A DNA stretch of 64,000 bases from Eledone cirrhosa (lineage: Eukaryota). The stretch lies in NCBI GenBank assembly GCA_964016885.1, contig OZ024740.1, forward strand, positions 88,474,001 to 88,538,000, in the 5' to 3' direction. Shown here in pieces: positions 40,905 through 55,762 of the stretch; the stretch's first letter is position 1, and every line of letters starts with the position of its first letter. The translations under genes and the position numbers were made by a program. Below the pieces are notes generated by a model. It saw only the letters and a list, made by a program, of their open reading frames with translations, was not told the DNA's origin and searched no databases.

Positions 40905-41254
40905 ATTATACTGACTTTTAATAAGGTATATGTCTAGGTCTTCGTTTAGTACTTGAAGTATACGGTAGTACACTACAGTCATAATTATCATCATTGTATG
41001 AATCACGATAATTACATTCCTCCTCCCTCCTCCTATTCCTCCTGATCATCATCATAATCCTCGTCATCGTCCACATGAACAACATCATCATCATCATCAT
41101 AATCATCATTGTCATTGTCGTCGTCATCATCATTATTAATACATTATCGTCTTCCTAATTGCCGTCAAAACTACCCTCTCCCTCCTCCTCTCACTCCTCC
41201 TCCACATCATCATAATCATCATCATCATCATCATCACAACCATCATTATCATCA

Positions 41255-41367
41255 CTGAGTTCAAATCCTGCCGAGGTTGACTTTGCCTTTCATCCTTACG
41301 GGGTCGATAAAATAAAGTATCAGTAATGCACTGGGTAATTGCTGGCCTTGTGCCTAAAGTAGAAACA
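41255..41367 (+). mobile_element. tRNA-SINE, 5'-truncated, in (CAT)n
   Basis: TSD-like attat(c/t)atcactgag on both sides. Confidence 0.9.
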
Positions 41368-41813
41368 ATTATTATCACTGAGACATTGCCAAATGAATGT
41401 ATCTCTATTATATTAATTATAGATTTAAACAATTTTATGACATTGCTTTGTGTTCCTGTTTGTGTTTGATAATTGTTAGCAATAGTTACACTGATATCCA
41501 ATCAAGTGCACTGAAACTTTCAATAATGTACTCTGAGCTGATTCCTCAAACAATTACTAGAAATCTTGATTGTTTTCGTATTTTAATTTGACCTTTACTT
41601 CACATAGTTTTATAACTTTTGCAGTTTATTAATTTATCTTACACGCGAATATACACACAATATAAACACATACACGGACACGCACAAACGGGCACACTTA
41701 TATTCATATAAACCAATATATAATGAAACACACACACACAGACATACGCATACACAAATATATATATATATATATATACAGTTAAAAGAATAGAGGTGTA
41801 ACACACAAGTTAT

Positions 41814-42269
41814 TATATATTGGTAAACGGGGTAGAAAATGCTGACAAATTGTTCACAGTTGAAAAATGGTTTAATTAGGAATAAAAGAGTATTAGTCAT
41901 TGTATGGGTTAGTATTCAGTTGTGGTTTTAAGTTTTTAAGTTTTTACCGGTTGCGCATTTCTAAATGCTTTTCAAAAATAAATTTTGAGATAGAGTGTCC
42001 GTGTTGTTTGCTCTGATCTGATTAGTTTTGGGAATTCTACCTCTTTTTATGTTAAAAAAGTGGCTTCAACGCTAGTTTGGAGCAAACAACACGGACACTC
42101 TATCTCAAAATTTATTTTTGAAAACCATTTAGAAATGCGCAACCGGTAAAAACTTAAAAACTTAAAACCACAACTGAATACTAACCCATACAATTACTAA
42201 TACTCTTTTATTCCTAATTAAACCATTTTTCAACTGTGAACAATTTGTCAGCATTTTCTATTCCGTTTA

Positions 42270-42276
<7 letters not shown>
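41814..42276. repeat. About 205-bp inverted arms with ~55-bp spacer; decayed hammerhead in each arm
   Basis: ttt-TTGAAAA-(g/c)catttagaaatgc-GCAA-ccgg-TA-aaa at 42115-42152 and mirrored at about 41942-41978. Confidence 0.85.
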
Positions 42277-42344
<68 letters not shown>

Positions 42345-42423
42345 TTATTAAAATAACAGATTAAAGTTTAAGCAAATCCTTATCGAGCCCTCTTTTGATT
42401 TTAGTCTTCAAATTTATTATTAT

Positions 42424-42490
<67 letters not shown>

Positions 42491-42591
42491 TATAGTTAGT
42501 TTTGCGAGGTTTTTGATATGGAATCGTGTGTCGAAACAAATATTGTTATACTTGGGGGGGGGGGGGGGGGGGTCATATTTGTGTAATATTG

Positions 42592-42689
42592 TCAGTGTTG
42601 TTTGTTTGGGTGTTGTTGTTCCATTCATTTTTTCAACAGAAAAAATGAATGGAATAACAACAACAACACCCAAACAAACAACACTGACC
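42592..42689. repeat. About 100-bp palindrome
   Basis: gtcagtgttgtttgtttgggtg...cacccaaacaaacaacactgac. Confidence 0.9.
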
Positions 42690-43202
42690 TAAGAGAAGTA
42701 TAAATAAATAAGTAAATAGATAAATAAATAAATACATACACAAACACAATAACAACAAACACATATAAACACACACTAGTAAAGATAGAATACATTAACC
42801 AATACACAGTCACCCAATGACGAACACACATCAAACAAAACACTATACACACACGCAAACGCATGCGCAAAGAAGTCAAAAAAATAAACAAATAAATAAA
42901 TATATAAACAGACTAAATAAAAATGGCGTAGACATACAATACAACGGGAGGAAACAATAGCACTACTGACGATGTTGCAGATGTGCAACGAAACAACTTT
43001 GATAGATTATATATATGCGTTTGTGTCTATATTGTATCTGCATTTTTGACTGTTGGTCAGTCAATGGCAACATTGAGGACCGAATAAATGAAATTAACCG
43101 ATATAAAAGACACAGAAGCGAAAAGCGAAAACCAACCAAACAGTGAGTGTGTTCTGTTATTAATTCTGGCAATATTACACAAATATGACCCTCCCCAAGT
43201 AT

Positions 43203-43297
<95 letters not shown>

Positions 43298-43314
43298 GGT
43301 GTGCCACCTATACC

Positions 43315-43369
<55 letters not shown>

Positions 43370-43385
43370 GTGTGTGTGTGTGTGT

Positions 43386-43434
<49 letters not shown>

Positions 43435-43597
43435 TACATACATATTCACACACACACACGCACACACGCACACACATACACACAAAGAAACAGGTTAACA
43501 CGCAATCCTAATAATTTACTCAAATAAAACTATTTTCAATTGTTGCTCTGGGATTATTTATTACATTTTTGTTTATTATATTATTATTATTGTTATT

Positions 43598-46320
<2,723 letters not shown>

Positions 46321-46385
46321 TGTGTTTGTGTAATAGATATTTTTTCTTCATAACACATTTGATAAATATTATTTTATTGAAATAA

Positions 46386-46493
46386 TCAAATCCCGCCGAG
46401 GTTAACTTTGCTTTTCATCCTTACGGGGTCTATAAAATAAAGTACCAGTAATACACTGGAATAATTTCTGGCCTTGTGCCAAACGTAGAAACA
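46386..46493 (+). mobile_element. tRNA-SINE, 5'-truncated
   Basis: Core plus 3' end; flanked by attattttattgaaataa / attattatactgaaataa. Confidence 0.88.
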
Positions 46494-46827
46494 ATTATTA
46501 TACTGAAATAACTTCTGTAATAATAAATATGAATAGCTGACGTGTGGTAATGGTGAGACATACAACTGAAGTTTGATTTGCCAGTAACACTGTTGTTAAG
46601 TAGTTATGTGTGAAAACCACATAAAACAAGGTAACGTAATTTCCAAAGTTCTAGCGTAATAGCCGAAATCTATTGAAAATGTGCTGTATTCTACCTATTG
46701 ACTATTACAACGACGTATCCCATTCACGAAACTTGCACCATTAGTAGCTCAGTCTCCTATTCATTTCATCGTTATGCATTTGATAATAATTATAGGGGAA
46801 AAAAAGCAAATATGCACACAGACACTC

Positions 46828-46908
<81 letters not shown>

Positions 46909-47014
46909 TGTATGCATACATATATGGATGCATGTATATTGGTATACATAATGTAGCCTAGTTTCTAATACACATACTTAAATGCATATATATATATGTA
47001 TATATATATATTTG

Positions 47015-47045
<31 letters not shown>

Positions 47046-47114
47046 TATATATATATACAGTATATATATATACATACACATAATATACATATATATATAT
47101 ATTAAAATAAAATA

Positions 47115-47145
<31 letters not shown>

Positions 47146-47295
47146 CAGTATATATATATATATACATACGCATACATATACAAATATATATATATATAGT
47201 GAAATTAAATAACATATATATTATATAATATATATATAGCTCTCTATCTCTCTCTCTCTCACTCTCTATAAATATATATATATATATATATATAT

Positions 47296-48692
47296 GTAAG
47301 ACGTAAAATAAGAAAAATAAAAAAAAAAATTAAAAATTAACTTACTTACTAAAATTAGTTTCTGTAATTGGATAAAGATAGTTACGTAATATAACCATCG
47401 AGAATTCATTACGTCATCAGGGAGTCTATTCTCAGCTAAGTCTCCAGGCAATGCGCGGACACTAGGGACTCATATAAAAATAATAATAATTCGGTGGATG
47501 GAACAGCTAGCGGGGACTGGATTCCATGCACTGAAAAAGTTCGCTGTCTCTGGTCAAATGGCAGATTCTAAAGAATCAATCACGTGACACTGAGGCTAGT
47601 CGGAAGGAGTGGGTTGGTAAGATGACAAAAGCCTACTACCACACCAATGAATTAGTAGTGGATTTGGCAGTTTTGCTCAACAAATAAAATATATAATTTG
47701 GAGATAAATATAGAGAATTAGTATATCTACCAACATATGCGTACAGATGTACACTAATGCTAGCAAATACATAAATTATGTCATAGTACCTAGGTGGTTC
47801 AATGCAGGAGGATGCAGAACAATAATATGAAAGACGTAAAATAAGAAAAATTTTTAAAAAAATTAAAAATTAACTTACTTACTAAAATATTCATTCCAAC
47901 TAATTCTCGATGGTTATATTACGTAACTATCTTTATCCCATTACAGAAACTAATTAGTTGGAGTGAAAACTTTAGTAAGTAAGTTAATTTTTAATTTTTT
48001 TAAAAATTTTTCCTATTTTACGTATTTCATATTATTGTTCTGCATCCGCCTGCATTGAACCACCTAGGTACTATCACATAACTTATGTAATTGCTAGCAT
48101 TAGTGTACATCTGTACGCATAGGTTGGTAGATATACTAATTCTCTATATTTATCTCCAAATTATATATTTTATTTGTTGAGCAAACCTGCCAAATCCACT
48201 ACTAATTCATTGGTGTGGTAGTAGGCTTTTGTCATCTTACCAACCCACTCCTTCCGACTAACCTCAGTGTCACGTGATTGATTCTTTAGAATCTGCCATT
48301 TGACCAGAGACAGCGAACTTTTTCAGTGCATGGAATCCAGTCCCCGCTAGCTGTTCCATCCACCGAATTATTATTATTTTTATATGAGTCCCTAATGTCC
48401 GCGCATTGCCTGGAGACTTAGCTGAGAATAGACTCCCTGATGACGTAATGAATTCTCGGTGGTTATATTACGTAACTATCTTTATCCCATTACAGAAACT
48501 AATCAGTTGGAGTGAAAATTTTAGTAAGTAAGTTAATTTTTCAATTTTTTAAAACATTTTTCTTATTTTACGTCTTTCATATTATTGTTCTGCATCCTTC
48601 TGAATTGAACCACCTAGGTACTATGACATAACTTATGTATTTGCTAGCATTAGTGTACATCTGTACGCATATGTTGGTAGATATACTAATTC
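47296..48692. repeat. Inverted arm plus about 1.4 tandem ~548-bp units in (TA)n; hammerhead-bearing
   Basis: 47296-47905 is the reverse complement of the right part; direct repeat at 47903 and 48451. Confidence 0.92.
48432..48513 (+). ncRNA. Type I hammerhead with expanded stem II
   Basis: actcc-CTGATGA-cgtaatg...cattaca-GAAA-ctaatcag-TT-ggagt; the partial copy near 47945 has palindromic ctaattag. Confidence 0.75.
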
Positions 48693-48729
48693 TCTCTCTC
48701 TCGCTATATATATATATATATATATATAG

Positions 48730-50072
48730 TGGTAGAACACTGGAAGGTAATATCCCTAGTGGTAGAGCACTCAGTCCATGGGACTAGTTAGGTAGAAGTG
48801 GTTACACAACAGTTAGTTCACCATACCGAGAACAATTGTTTCACTTTAGCGGATCCTCAGCTCGTAATGGACATGGTTATACGGAACAGGAAAGACACCC
48901 GTATGAACGCGCATGCTTAGAAACGGTCACTTCACTCAGGCAATACTAAATTGCGTGCGACATGTTTAAGGGAGATAACTGCGAAAGTCCGAAAGTTTCT
49001 AGTTGATAAGAAAGTTAGGATGTTTTTATGATTCAATCCTGAGCTTTATAGTTATGCAAGAGGTGTTTCCAGACGTGTGGACAACGTGTGAAGAATTCGA
49101 TTCTTCAGTTTAGGCAATCGCTATTGCGTAATCTCTTTAGAATATTTATTCGTTCATCAATACATAGTCCACACGACGGATTTGCCCTTGCGCATGGCTT
49201 GGACCTAGTGATGGCTTTCTATTGAATGGAGTAGTCTATACTTGAGTCCTTCAGGGACCATACAGGGCTCACGAGTTTCGTGGATGAACGTCTGTCCGGG
49301 TACCTAAAGTTCGACTAGTGGTTCTGGAAGCGTTCCTTCAATCGGCTCTCCACCATACCCACATAGGATTTGACCTCCTGAGGTTGATTTGGTCGGTTGG
49401 AAGTGACCACAGCTTCATAAACTACAGCTGGTGTGTTGCATTGCTGTTGAAAGGGACAAGCTTCGTGCTTACGGCAAGAGCACCCTAGTGGTGTGTTGCT
49501 CTTAGGGCTGTTGGTGATGTGGGCCTTCATGTTCTTAGCGCAGGAGTATCCTAGTTTTACTTTGTGTCGGTTAAAGATGGAGCGGTATTTATGACCTATG
49601 GGAACGTGTCTATCTAAGAGGGCTAGACATTTTTTGCCTACATTGGTTTTAATGTTGAGTGAGAAGGGAGGAGAGAACCAGATAGTTGGTCTATTGTTAC
49701 GCTTTCTTTTCTTAATGCTGTTGTTGTTAGTCGAAGAGTAAGTGATAGGTTGCTTGAAGCTGTTGTTAGCTAACGCTGTGTTATAGTAGGGTGCCGCTCT
49801 GTCAAATATAGCCTTATTAGGTTTGAGATTCTAGTACTGATATTATTTACGAAATACTAGAATCTCAAACCCCTCCTCTAATAAGGCTATCAACAACACC
49901 AATAAGAAAAGAAAGCATAACAATAGACAAACTATCTGGTTCTCTCCTCCCTTCTCACTCAACGTTAAAACCAATGTAGCCCAAAAATGTCTAGCCCTCT
50001 TAGCTAGACACTTTCCCATAGGTCATAAATACCGCTCCCTCTTTAAGCGATACAAAGTAAAATTAGGATACT
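48730..50072 (-). mobile_element. Penelope-like element 3' remnant (RT-EN linker plus GIY-YIG endonuclease) with inverted 5' duplication
   Basis: TIWFSPPFSLNIKTNVGKKCL..RH.P.GHKYRSIFNRHKVKLGYSC; CSC..CP...C..VVYEA..YVG..LKERFQNH (ORF 49315-49530); 49880-50072 is an inverted copy of about 49545-49730. Confidence 0.88.
48827..48864 (-). ncRNA. Hammerhead downstream of the Penelope ORF (pseudo-LTR)
   Basis: cgag-CTGAGGA-tccgctaaagt-GAAA-caattg-TT-ctcg; stem II weak. Confidence 0.68.
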
Positions 50073-50074
50073 TA

Positions 50075-50670
50075 ATTTTATATGTTCTGGCTCGTTAATT
50101 TATTAACCTGCCATAGAACCACATTGGATTACGGTTGGATAATACTTGTATCCCTATATGTATTTTTTACACGTAGGAACACATACTTTATTGTTATTAA
50201 TGCCCCCTAATTTTTGAGATAAAATTTTGGTCGTTTGAACTGCTGCTATTTCTAGTGGCAGGACATTGACCTGTCCGCCCTTGCCTTCTGTCTTTAGACA
50301 CGGCACTAGACAAAATTGGTCCCTTCCTCATTCACTCTCATCCGGGAACAGTTTTGTATGGCGCCAGTTTGTGATTTGAACTCGGGAATTTTATATTCTC
50401 CGAGCAAAAAGAACCATCTGACGAGAATCCCCTTTTCAATGGTGGTCCGCCTGGATTATCCATTTATTTTGGGATTTGAAACCGCGCGGTAAGGGTGTAT
50501 ATAGTAAGTACAGCGAACTTTTAAAATTTATTAAAACAATTTTTCTCTATTTGCAAAACTTTGATTTTATATGTTCTGGCTCGTTAATTTATTAACTTGC
50601 CATAGAACCATATTGGCATACGGTTGGATAATACTTGTATCCCTATATATATTGTTTACACGTAGGAACC
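50075..50670 (+). repeat. About 490-bp unit with ~105-bp terminal direct repeat (partial tandem)
   Basis: ttttatatgttctggctcgttaatttattaac... at about 50076 and 50565. Confidence 0.85.
50413..50496 (+). ncRNA. Type I hammerhead with expanded stem II
   Basis: accat-CTGACGA-gaatccc...gggattt-GAAA-ccgcgcgg-TA-agggt; palindromic stem III; one mismatch in stem I. Confidence 0.78.
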
Positions 50671-50674
50671 CCCC

Positions 50675-50707
<33 letters not shown>

Positions 50708-50943
50708 GTCATGATTTATCGAATTTCTGGCTGAATTGGAATTTGAAATGTGGCAATACCAAATGCAGAAAATAGCTCCAGAAACAAGCGATTTCAATAA
50801 ATATTAACCTAGGATATCGGATGAAATACCCGTAGATACGGAAAAAATGGCCAAAATCGCTACGCAAATTCAAACATCGTATCTCCTGAATACTGTGCAA
50901 ACACGATAAACATTACACTACGTGTCAACTGACCCCCCATTAA

Positions 50944-51220
50944 CTTCTTCTTCTTCTTCTTCTTCTTCTTCTGCTTCTTCTTCTTCTTCTACTTCTTCTT
51001 CGGAGTCTCATAGAGGCAGAAGCAACCGTCTTCAATGCATCTGACTGGGGCTGCAAGTGAAACCCGCCCACCTCATGCATGTTATCCAAACATCTTGCTC
51101 TGGGTCTAGCCTGTGTCTCCTACCGGTTAGTTTTGCCATGTAATCACTCCATTAATTCTATACTTTCAAGCATTCTAACCTCGTGCTCCTAATATCTGAG
51201 TTGCGATCTCTCAATTCCGT
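50944..51220 (-). mobile_element. Decayed RTE 3' end with (GAA)n tail
   Basis: (TTC)n then sequence similar to 52557-52790. Confidence 0.65.
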
Positions 51221-52010
51221 CTAAATTAAGATATTAAACAGCTGGGGGCTGGGCTGTAAGTATACAAATCATATGAATAATCCAAGTACTGGGTGACCAA
51301 AATTTAAAAATGTGGAATTTCAAATGCAGAAGATAACTGTATCAACAGTCGATCGCAAAAAATAATATCTTAGAAAATCAAGTAAAGAAGAGAAAAATGG
51401 ACAGTAGCCGCTACAAAGAACAGATCACCGTATCTCTGAAATACCGTGTGAGCCAGTTAAACATTAAGCTAAAGGGTAACTAATTATTCACTGCATCATA
51501 TACGTGCATGTTATTCGAAGAGAAACTGTATTCAATTTTTCTTTCGGTTTGGGTAAATTACCCGAATCTCTAAGCTATTATTTATGGTGATGCTAGGATC
51601 CTAAGCACAAAATAATTCAATAATAAAACTGTTTCATTCATTTCAAAGTAAAAATAATAATAAAGTAGAGATGAAAATAAAAATAAAAATAAAATTAAAA
51701 CAATATGGATGAGTACTTAGCAAAGTAGTAAATAAATGGATCGAAGCTGATATGCACTAAAAATGTGCTGAATAAACAAATTTACTTTACTGCAGAAAAT
51801 TAAAGAAATTAAAATTAGTTATCTGAGAACTAAACAAAAACCTATTATTACAATTCATACGTTGTTAATATTTAGAATGGAGTGGCGCCACCACCATTTT
51901 AATTATAACTGAAACACACTCTGAAGCTAATCAGGAGATAATATGCTGATGTATATGTGTGCATAGATATATGTATGTAAGTATGTAATATATATATGTA
52001 TGTAAGTATG

Positions 52011-52096
<86 letters not shown>

Positions 52097-52402
52097 TTAA
52101 TGGTCAGGATTCTATAATTATTAGGTTTTGAGAATAAAGGTATTAAGGGACAAAATAAATTATATTGATAAGGAGGATGTTACGGGACTTACAAATTTAA
52201 ATTTAACCAGTGTATTTAATTAAACAAAATGACAAAATAATAATAAACGTATTATGTTATAATACACAGAATAATATTTCAGGAAATATTCCAGCAAATG
52301 TTTGTGTCATTGAAGGAACATGGTATAAGGTAAGTCGAGATAAAAAACGAGTGTTTATGAAAAAGTGAAATAATTTGATTCAGGTTATTTTAGTAGTAGA
52401 AT

Positions 52403-53592
52403 CTTCTTCTTCTTCTTCTTCTTCTTCTTCTTCTTCTTCTTCTTCTTCTTCTTCTTCTTCTTCTTCTTCTTCTTCTTCTTCTTCTTCTTCTTCTTCTTCT
52501 TCTTCTTCTTCTTCTTCTTCTTCTTCTTCTTCTTCTTCTTCTTCTTCTTCTTCTTCCCGAGAGAGTTGTGGGGGCAGCGTCCTGAAACACTTATTTCAGC
52601 GGGTCCTGTCAGAAGCAACTGTCTCCAGCTGATCCGGTTGGATTCCCAAGCGACACCAGCCAAGCTCATGGATGTTATCCAACCATCTTGCTCGATGTCT
52701 ATGACTGGGAATCTGTCTAGCTATTATTTCCCGAGACATTCTAAACCCATGCCCATAGTATCGGAGCTGTGACCTCTCAATTCGAAGAAGTAGCGGCCCT
52801 ACTTGGAATGATTCTCTGATCTCCGAGTTTCGCAATCAGTAGAGTATCTTTATTCCAAAGACTGGGTTGGTACGAATACCGAATTGAAGATAGCGAGTTT
52901 GGCTTTTACGCCTACCTCCCTTCTCCTGATTACTGAATGCTAAAGCTGGCGCATTACTGCATCAGTTCCTTCAATTTTTGCACTTAATTCAGTCTCCTAC
53001 CTTCTATTATTTGTGAAGACGCCCCCGAGGTACTTGCACTCTTCTACCTGCTTCAGTGGAGCTCCATTTACCTGTAGAGTTCACACGAGCAGGCTTCCCT
53101 GAAAGGACGAGCGTCACAGTTTTCGCAGCACTGATTTTCATTTCAGCCCAACAGCACTTCAATTTGCACTGTGGCAGGTCTTCGAGAAATCGTGCGAATA
53201 TTGTCAAGATGTATATTCTTGTTTAGTCGACCTTGAAAAGCCATATGACCGCATCCCTCGAGTCCTGCTGTAGAAATTTCAGCAGGAGTATGGGATCGAT
53301 GGTCAGCCCCTTGCCGCCCTGATGTCTCTATACGAATGCCCAAATACTTGTGTTCGAACAAATTGTGCTAAATCGAAACCATTCAATGTTGGATTCGTCC
53401 TTCGCCAAGGGCGCGTACTCTCACCTCTCCTGTTCATTATTTACATGAACAGAATTGACATGCGCAGCCGTTTCGGAAGTGGTATCATGACAGGCGTGTG
53501 TAATATTAGTCGACTTGAATTTGCAGATGATATGGTGTTACTTAACTCGACAGGAGGTGATCTCCGACTTGCAGTCGATAGGTTTGATTCCG
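52403..53592 (-). mobile_element. RTE (Expander/Rex3-like) insertion with (GAA)~51 tail and inverted 5' part
   Basis: Minus: LLLRIERSQLRYYGH..RARWLDNIHELGWCRLGI. Plus (53210-53595): VDLEKPYDRIPR, LRQGRVLSPLLFIIYM, FADD. Candidate TSD agtagaat at 52395 and 53593. Confidence 0.88.
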
Positions 53593-53757
53593 AGTAGAAT
53601 AATCTGTACGTTTAAAAATCATTGTATGATCGTTTGAGAGCTAAAGTCATATCTGTGTAGACACAGATATTAAGTAAAGTTGAGTATATGTTTTACAATA
53701 AGGATGAAATAAACACTGGTATATAAATTGCAGATGCATATTGCAAAATTAAAAAAA

Positions 53758-53822
<65 letters not shown>

Positions 53823-54489
53823 GATTAGTTGGTCAGGTGTTTCTAATAATATATATTATGAATTGATATGAATTTATTGTGTTATAATATCAAGTATAAT
53901 ATTACCTGTAACGTTGAAATGAAATATTTCGGATGGTGAAAAGATAAAGAAAAATGTTATTTGTTTAGAAAGAAGAATGAATATATAACATGTCAAGCTA
54001 TCTCAAATGAGATGAGTATAGTATTAATAATATATATTAGGTTCAATGCAATTATATGGCTGTATAAGAATAGAAGATCTCCAATATCTGGGTGAATATT
54101 AGATTTAAAATACAAATGAGTACATGTTATATTGAACACACTCTATTATTTCTTATAGTCACATAAGAAATAATAGAGTGTGTTCAATCATATAACAATT
54201 TCGCTACATCTAGATAGAAATTAAATATATAGTTGCTAGTAGACTTTTTGTAGTATAAATGGCAGATGGATTTGTTTGACCAATATTCTAATAAGTGAGA
54301 ATTAAAAAGAAAACAACAAAAAAAGGATGTTTTGACGATTATCATATGCAAAATATTTAGTTAGACATGACCTGAGCCAATACTGACCAAAACCTATCAA
54401 AGCTATCAAAGTTAACATCGATAGAATGTTAATGAGATATAGAAATGGATATTTTAGTTCTTGTATACGGTTAAAGTTGATATGAAAGA

Positions 54490-55140
54490 AATATCTGAAT
54501 CTGATGCTTGGCCTCCAGATGTGCAAGCCAAACAAATGTCGCTGCGGATCCACCGTGGACTCTTTCGGCCTCCACCCACTTTCCTGATGCTATAGTGTCG
54601 GCCGGCTTCCACGCCATGCTGCCATCAACGATGTCGTAAAGCATGTCTTGGATGCTGCAGGCTTCCCCTCCCAGCTCAAACCGGTGGGGCTGGACCGAGG
54701 GGACAGCAAAAAGCCAGACGATATGATCATCTTCCCGTTTCGTGGTGGCAAAGCCATCGTCTGGGATCCCACCTTCAGCGACACATTCTCCAGCCGAAAC
54801 CTGGTGCAGTCTGCGACTAACCCAGATTCTGCTGTACTTTGGGCTGAGGAGGCTAAACTCTCCAAGTATCGGTCGCTCTCCTACAGGTTTGTAGTCGTGC
54901 CTTTGGCAGTGGAGAATTCTGGTGTCCTTAGCCCTAAGGCTACCTCCCTGCTCACCACCATAGGCGCTGAGTTGGCTAGCCGAAGGTGTGAGCCTCGCGA
55001 GATGGAATGTCTCTTCCAGCACATCTCCCTTACCATGATCCGGGGAAACGCCTTCTCCATTCTGTCCGCCGGGGCCATGGGGCGGCCAGCACGTGGGACC
55101 CCATTTGCTCATAATAGAGAGAGATGGGGAGAGTGAGAGA
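54490..55140 (+). mobile_element. CRE-clade non-LTR retrotransposon 3' fragment (zinc knuckle plus RLE)
   Basis: CRCGSTVDSFGLHPLS, RHAAINDVV, GLDRGDSKKPD, IVWD.T..DT, AEEAKLSKY, PLAVENSG, RGNA; clade assigned from remembered motif pattern. Confidence 0.78.
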
Positions 55141-55551
55141 GATGGAGGTGATGAAGGTGGGAGTTCGGCTCTTCCGTGTTCGGGCCTGGTGTGGGGTATC
55201 AGTTGTTCGTAGTGAGGTAGTGGTTTGTACTTAGCGAATGTTTTTAGAACCTTGTGTTTGCGATTATGAGAAATTCACTGGAATGTTCATTTTCTTTGAT
55301 TTCTTCTAGAACATTGCTGTCAGTGGGCCAACTCCATCAAACGTCTTTTATGCATTCTATGTTGACGAAATGTTAAGCAGAGAGCCACTTGAAAATGAAT
55401 AGCCAAATAATTTATAGGGCTGACAAGATTTTATTCTGGTGTAAGGCATATACAACAGTTTAATGTTGTAGGTGATAAAGATTCCGGGTAGTCTGAAGGT
55501 AGAGTGCATTTCTCCCACTTCCGATCACAAAAGATATGGTAATTCTGGTTT

Positions 55552-55762
55552 TTATGTATATGTATATAGATAAGAATTGTAATCTAAAGCTTTAATGCAT
55601 TGATCTACTATAGGAAACAAGAATTTACCACTGTCATGCGTCATGATTACTGCGTATCCGAATACGCAGTAATCATGACGCATGACAGTGGTAAATTCAT
55701 TTTTCCTATAGTAGATCAATGCATTAAAGCTTTAGTTTACAATGCTTGTCTATATACATATA
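55552..55762. repeat. About 150-bp near-perfect palindrome with extended imperfect arms
   Basis: taaagctttaatgcattgatctactatagg...cctatagtagatcaatgcattaaagcttta; centre near 55659. Confidence 0.92.
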
